A stretch of DNA of 64,000 bases from Candidatus Poribacteria bacterium. GTDB taxonomy: Bacteria; Poribacteria; WGA-4E; PCPOR2b. Each line of letters begins with the position of its first letter. Position 1 is the stretch's first letter. The notes below the pieces were generated by a model. It made no database searches. It saw only the letters and a program-made list of their open reading frames with translations, and was not told where the DNA came from. The stretch is taken from assembly GCA_965218095.1 (NCBI GenBank), contig OZ244587.1:3136001-3200000 (forward strand). Direction: 5' to 3'. Both the position numbers and the translations under genes were made by a program. Below, in pieces: positions 59,306 through 64,000 of the stretch.

Positions 59306-60421
59306 ATGCGTCGAGATAAGGGAATTCTGGTCGTTGGGTTGGGCGCAATGGGGAGTGCGGCACTGTATCATCTCGCTCGCCGGGAAGCGGCCCCGGTCGG
59401 CATTGAGCAATACGCGGTCGGTCACGCCTCTGGTAGTTCCCACGGCCACTCAAGGGCATTCCGAACCTTCTATCACGATGAAGTATACGTTACCTTGGCT
59501 GAAGCTGCACTGCCTTTGTGGCGGGAGCTAGAAACGCTTTCTGGTGAGCAACTGTTCACGCTCAGTGGCGCGATATTCTTCGCGAAGCCGGGGAACGAGA
59601 GATTCGATCAAAACATTGAGGTCATGCAGGGTTTGAAAGTGCCCTACGAACTGTTGACCGCTGAGGAGGTCACCGCTCGATTTCCTTCGTTTCACCTTCC
59701 GGCGGGGACTGTTGCTTGCTATACACCCCGTTCGGGTTTCCTGGACGCAAGTCGTTGCGTTCAGGCGCATGTGTCACAAGCCCTGCGTTTCGGGGCGACA
59801 GTTCACGCAGGGGTTCACGTTCACCACATTGATGTCAGTAAAGAACGCCCTGAAGTTGAAACGTCAGAGGGACGATATCGCTGCTCGCGGCTTGTCGTCG
59901 CCCCCGGACCGTGGGCTTCTCAAATTCTCGCAAATCTTTCGCTGCCGCTTCAGGTGACCCGGCAGCAGAAGTTTTACTTCCGACCGGAAAACGTAGCAGC
60001 GTACCAGCCACACTGTCTGCCGGTCTACGCAGACTACGACCTGCAATACTACGGCTTCCCCTATTACGGTCCCGGAATCAAGGTTGCTGATGATAAGCGT
60101 GGGGTTGTTACCTCCCCTGAAGATGTCGATCGGACACTCGACCCATATACACGGGATGCGTTGGGGCGGTGGCTTGAAACAATCATGCCCGGAATTGACG
60201 TTTCCTTCGTCGAAGGTGCAACCTGCATGTATACGCTCACGCCGGACCGCGACTTTCTCATTGGTACCCACCCGGAGAATCCGAACATCTTCATCGGAGC
60301 TGGATTCTCGGGACACGGCTTTAAGTTTTCAACCCTCGTCGGCAAGATTCTGGCAGAACTTGCCACTGACGGAACGACGCGCTATCCAATCGAGAGATTC
60401 CGGTTGAGCCGTTTTGAATGA
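59306..60421 (+). CDS. Monomeric sarcosine oxidase / N-methyl-L-tryptophan oxidase family flavoenzyme
   Basis: VGLGAMGSAA, GSSHGHSR, CMYTLTPD (covalent FAD Cys), GFSGHGFKF. Confidence 0.9.
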   Translation: MRRDKGILVVGLGAMGSAALYHLARREAAPVGIEQYAVGHASGSSHGHSRAFRTFYHDEVYVTLAEAALPLWRELETLSGEQLFTLSGAIFFAKPGNERFDQNIEVMQGLKVPYELLTAEEVTARFPSFHLPAGTVACYTPRSGFLDASRCVQAHVSQALRFGATVHAGVHVHHIDVSKERPEVETSEGRYRCSRLVVAPGPWASQILANLSLPLQVTRQQKFYFRPENVAAYQPHCLPVYADYDLQYYGFPYYGPGIKVADDKRGVVTSPEDVDRTLDPYTRDALGRWLETIMPGIDVSFVEGATCMYTLTPDRDFLIGTHPENPNIFIGAGFSGHGFKFSTLVGKILAELATDGTTRYPIERFRLSRFE

Positions 60422-60439
60422 ACAATCCCGATCTTTGAT

Positions 60440-60679
60440 CGGGGTTTGTCGTCCCACAAGAGGCAAGGCAAAACTGCCAATGAGTGTACCAATGGTGTAG
60501 AGCGTGCTGGCGAGAGAGCGGTTGAGCCCCAGGTCCGCGATGAAGTCCTTGATAAAGATCGACACCGCATAGGTCTGACCGGGGCTAGTCATAATCATAC
60601 CTAGCGTGCCGACCAACATAATTATCCAGCCGTAGAAAATAGGCAATTTGCTCACAAAGCGGCTGCTCAATTTTTGCAT
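60440..60679 (-). pseudogene. MFS transporter N-terminal stub
   Basis: FYGWIIMLVG...SPGQTYAVSIF; only two TM helices. Confidence 0.75.
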
Positions 60680-60707
60680 CTATAGCACGATTTCTCTGAA
60701 GAAAAAA

Positions 60708-61700
60708 CTAAGACATCACAAACAGAATTTTGCCCTTGCGACGACTCTGACGCGCATGGATTACAGCATTCTTGGCATCGGTGAGCGGATACGTTTTCTC
60801 AACTGGCGCTTTCAACTTTTCCGCTGCCACCAGGGAGATTAATTGATCAAACATCTCATGAATCTCCCTGGTATCGGCGCGTTTATACCAGGCATTAATC
60901 CAGAAGCCGCGGAAACGGATGTCTTTGAAAATCAGCAGCCCGTTTCCCATCTCTAGGGGCTGAAGCCCCATCGCGCCGTAAGTGACCAATGTGCCGTGGG
61001 TGCCGAGCGATTTGGCTATCTCTTTTGCACTGTCTCCACCGACCGCATTCAATCCAAGTCGCACATCGGTGTCGGCCGTTAAGTCCTGAATCTGTTTGGA
61101 TAAGGGTATTTCATCGGTGACGACGATATCTGCGCCTTCGGCTTGCAGTTCAGCAATCAACTCCTTACGGCGCACGACGTTTACGGTTCGCAAGCCGCGG
61201 AAACGGGCAATTTGAATAACAAACCGACCAACCGCAGAATTGGCAGCGTTCTGAATCAGCCAATCGCCCGGCTTGAGGGTGACAAACGCCTCAAGCATCT
61301 GCCAGGCGGTTGGCGGGTTGACCGATAGCATCGCAGCCTGTTGCAAGGGGATATTATCCGGTAAGGAAATCAAGGTGTCCGCATCAGCGATGTACGCCTC
61401 GCACCAATTGCCCACGCGATCCGGCGAAATAACATATTGACCCACACGAAGATTGGAAACCGCGCTGCCGGTCTGAGCGATGACACCGACGCCTTCGTTT
61501 CCCACAACCGCCGGCAAAGGGGAACGAATCAGATATTTCCCCTCAAGCACGTTGATGTCGGCGGGGTTGAGGGGCGTAGCTTTCACCTCGACCAAGATCT
61601 GGTCGGATTTGATACCGGGTAGCTCCCACTGCTCGACACGCACAACTTCTTCAGGAATTCCATATTCATGGAGACAAACGGCTGTTACTGTTCTTTTCAT
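60708..61700 (-). CDS. 2-enoyl thioester reductase-like (MECR/Etr1) MDR oxidoreductase
   Basis: PLNPADINVLEGKY, GNEGVG, VNPPTA, IQNAANSAVG, VTYGAM. Confidence 0.88.
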   Translation of the reverse strand: MKRTVTAVCLHEYGIPEEVVRVEQWELPGIKSDQILVEVKATPLNPADINVLEGKYLIRSPLPAVVGNEGVGVIAQTGSAVSNLRVGQYVISPDRVGNWCEAYIADADTLISLPDNIPLQQAAMLSVNPPTAWQMLEAFVTLKPGDWLIQNAANSAVGRFVIQIARFRGLRTVNVVRRKELIAELQAEGADIVVTDEIPLSKQIQDLTADTDVRLGLNAVGGDSAKEIAKSLGTHGTLVTYGAMGLQPLEMGNGLLIFKDIRFRGFWINAWYKRADTREIHEMFDQLISLVAAEKLKAPVEKTYPLTDAKNAVIHARQSRRKGKILFVMS

Positions 61701-61850
61701 TTTACTCCTATTCGAGTTTGGGTTTGACGGATTGAGGTTTTCTTCCTTAGCAACTAACATTATGCAGTGATTGAACCCTTGTTGTCAAGTCTTTCACCAC
61801 ACCACCACACATCACCGGCATTATCACTCGCGTTGCCTCCGTCTGTAAAT

Positions 61851-61896
61851 AAAAAAACGCTCATGTTTCACCCGTAAAGGCGTAAACATGAGCGTT
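61851..61896 (-). terminator. Intrinsic terminator after the CocE/NonD gene
   Basis: AACGCTCATGTTT / AAACATGAGCGTT stem followed by a T-run on the minus strand. Confidence 0.75.
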
Positions 61897-61924
61897 GGTC
61901 AAGTAGAGTCCTGATCATTTTTCA

Positions 61925-63604
61925 TCACTGTGCGGGGATGACGGGAAGCAAAATATGCGATGGATATTCACGGGTATGATAGACTGTCTGTCTCGCCGGG
62001 CGCATCTCAGCATCAGTCCCCAACATGTGTCCCGTGTTGAGGTTGCGATCAAAGCGCGGGAAGTTCGAGGAAGAAATCTCCACACGGATGCAATGCCCCT
62101 TGCGGAAAACGTTTCCCGTTACGGCGACGTCGATCCCGTATTCATAGACCTTGTCGGGTTCGAGGAGCGTCGGATTGGTGAAGCTCTCGCGGTAGCGCGC
62201 GCGAATGATACCGTCGCAAAGATTCATCGCGTATCCAGTTGGTGAGACATCCACCAACTTCGCTGTCCAGTCCGTATCGGGGGCATTGGTAGCAGCGTAG
62301 AGGACAACCTTAATTGGGCCTGTCACTTCCACGTCCGCCTCCAGAGGCTCGCTGGTGTAGCAGAGAACGTCGCCGCGCATCTCGACAGGACACTGGTCAT
62401 ACGGCCCCCACGGCACAATATGCGGTGAACAGCAATTGTTCCCACCCATCGTTTGGACGGGATAACGCGGGTCGTAGACAAAGCCATCAGTCGGTTCGGC
62501 CGCCGGCACCTCGGTGGAAAGCCCTCCATCACCGAGCAAAGAGTTGGCTTTGCCGTCGGAATGGAAATACCATTTCTGCCACGTCGTCCGCGCCAGCGGC
62601 CATTCGCCCTCATCCCGCCACTCGTTGATTCCCATGATGAACAGTCGCAATGGGGGCTCATCAACAACCCCATTATCAATTCCCTTGAGCCAGTAGTCGA
62701 ACCAGCGTAGTTCTTCCGATTCCAGGTCGACCATCGAAGGCGCGCCGAAGTCGATGTCGCCGGTACGGGTGGAGGCACTCAAGCCGTGTGGCCACGGCCC
62801 AACGATGATCTTGCTCTGTCGTGCTTCAGGCGTGCGTCCGTGCTGGCGCAAACCATTAAAGTTGATAAAGGTATGCTGGGCGTAAAGGTCATACCACCCG
62901 CCCATGTTGAATGCGGGGATGGCAATCTCACCCCACTTTTTCTCAATGTCCATCGCCTCCCAGTAATCGTCGTAGGCGGCGTGTTCAATCCAATCCTTCC
63001 AGAACTGAAGTTTGCGCCCGGCGAGTTCGTCTATCTCGATGAGTGGCAGTCTTCGGAACGCCTCCGTCCAGTGGTGATACTCGATGCTCTGGGCGGTGCG
63101 TCCATTGGTGCGCATTCCCCAGGTCATCAGCACATTGAGTTGGAACGCGCCGCCGGGATAAACGAGTCCACTGTAAAAATCATTACAGATGACGCGAGGC
63201 GCGATGCAGGTCAGAAACTCGCTGCGATGTGGCGCACTCTGCCACTGCACCAATCCTACATACGACCCGCCCGCCATACCGATTTTTCCGTTGCTCCACT
63301 CCTGTCCCCCAATCCACTCCTGGGTGTCGTAGCCATCTGGGCCATGACCACGAAAGGGGTAATGTTCACCGTCTGAATCCCAGCGCCCTCGCACGTCCTG
63401 AATCACACAGGTATAGCCGTTGTTCGCCAGTCGTCGTCCTTTTTCAATCATTGCGTCCATGTTGTTGCTGTAGGGTGTGCGCATCAATACCGTCGGAAAC
63501 TTCCCGCGCGCTTTCGGAAGATAGATGTCCGCGGATAGATTGACTCCGTCGCGCATTGGCGTCTTTATGTTCAAACGCATTTCCACATCGTAATTAGGCT
63601 GCAT
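61925..63604 (-). CDS. CocE/NonD family serine hydrolase
   Basis: PMRDGVNLSADIY, RTPY, QDVRGR, GGSYVG, GGWYD, GPWPH, SSNFPRFDRN. Confidence 0.95.
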   Translation of the reverse strand: MQPNYDVEMRLNIKTPMRDGVNLSADIYLPKARGKFPTVLMRTPYSNNMDAMIEKGRRLANNGYTCVIQDVRGRWDSDGEHYPFRGHGPDGYDTQEWIGGQEWSNGKIGMAGGSYVGLVQWQSAPHRSEFLTCIAPRVICNDFYSGLVYPGGAFQLNVLMTWGMRTNGRTAQSIEYHHWTEAFRRLPLIEIDELAGRKLQFWKDWIEHAAYDDYWEAMDIEKKWGEIAIPAFNMGGWYDLYAQHTFINFNGLRQHGRTPEARQSKIIVGPWPHGLSASTRTGDIDFGAPSMVDLESEELRWFDYWLKGIDNGVVDEPPLRLFIMGINEWRDEGEWPLARTTWQKWYFHSDGKANSLLGDGGLSTEVPAAEPTDGFVYDPRYPVQTMGGNNCCSPHIVPWGPYDQCPVEMRGDVLCYTSEPLEADVEVTGPIKVVLYAATNAPDTDWTAKLVDVSPTGYAMNLCDGIIRARYRESFTNPTLLEPDKVYEYGIDVAVTGNVFRKGHCIRVEISSSNFPRFDRNLNTGHMLGTDAEMRPARQTVYHTREYPSHILLPVIPAQ

Positions 63605-63740
63605 AATGTTTTCTCCTTGATACCTAAAGCGTGAAACGTAAAACGTAATGAATCTTGAACTTTTATCAGGTTAGCATAAATTTGCGAATCTGTCTAAAGA
63701 TTTATGTGCGTATTGCATGATGCGTCTGATTTTTCACGTT

Positions 63741-63896
63741 TTATGGTTTGCGGGTTACGGAAGCTTTATCCAAACCCCACGTATCCCCCACGTAAGAAAT
63801 TTGGATGGTCTCCGAGAAGCCTTGGCTTTGGGCGTGGACGAGCTCCGGACGCATCCCGTCCCAAGCGACAATCATAATTCGTTCAGCTTTTCCCAT
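63741..63896 (-). pseudogene. Alkaline phosphatase-superfamily N-terminal stub
   Basis: GGAGG RBS, MGKAERIMIVAWDGMRPELV, then unrelated sequence. Confidence 0.6.
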
Positions 63897-64000
63897 CACT
63901 GCCTCCCCTCCATCTGTGAATGCGTTCGTCTGATTGTAACACGTCTGCTGACTCAAATCAATCTCTATTCGTTAAACAAACCTTTGCGTGAGCTATTTCG

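Noticed and set aside
61780-61850. His/Thr-rich attenuator leader peptide
   Set aside because: It lies on the plus strand with no plus-strand gene downstream, and the adjacent hairpin fits a minus-strand terminator
1-64000. CRISPR array, tRNA or rRNA genes
   Set aside because: No regularly spaced direct repeats, cloverleaf motifs or rRNA-like conserved stretches were seen by eye

Overview
Bacterial chromosome segment of moderate GC. The host is most likely Candidatus Poribacteria or a related lineage; this is an inference from the C-terminal AV..xGK.xTxWGx[IL]K motif on two exported proteins, the many BNR/sialidase-type and GH genes, and the palindromic repeat styles. Housekeeping genes (folK, XPB-type helicase, ddl, smc, argC, ftsY, cinA, lutABC) are interleaved with four other kinds of content. 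(1) An intact-looking 10.7 kb restriction-like/BREX-related defence operon: SNF2 helicase-DUF3883 nuclease, an unrecognised all-helical protein, a DUF1156 adenine methyltransferase and a DUF499 ATPase, bordered by IS debris. (2) A glycan-degradation cluster of apparently cytoplasmic enzymes. (3) An hxlA-hxlB-amidohydrolase-sarcosine-oxidase-like cluster that suggests N-demethylation coupled to formaldehyde fixation. (4) A dense layer of decay: about 15 gene stubs or pseudogenes (one a selenoprotein remnant with in-frame UGA), an IS1595-type element that cut a gene off from its RBS, and several MITE-like elements with ends from different IS families. No rRNA, tRNA or CRISPR array was seen. All family assignments come from motif recognition by eye, with no database search.
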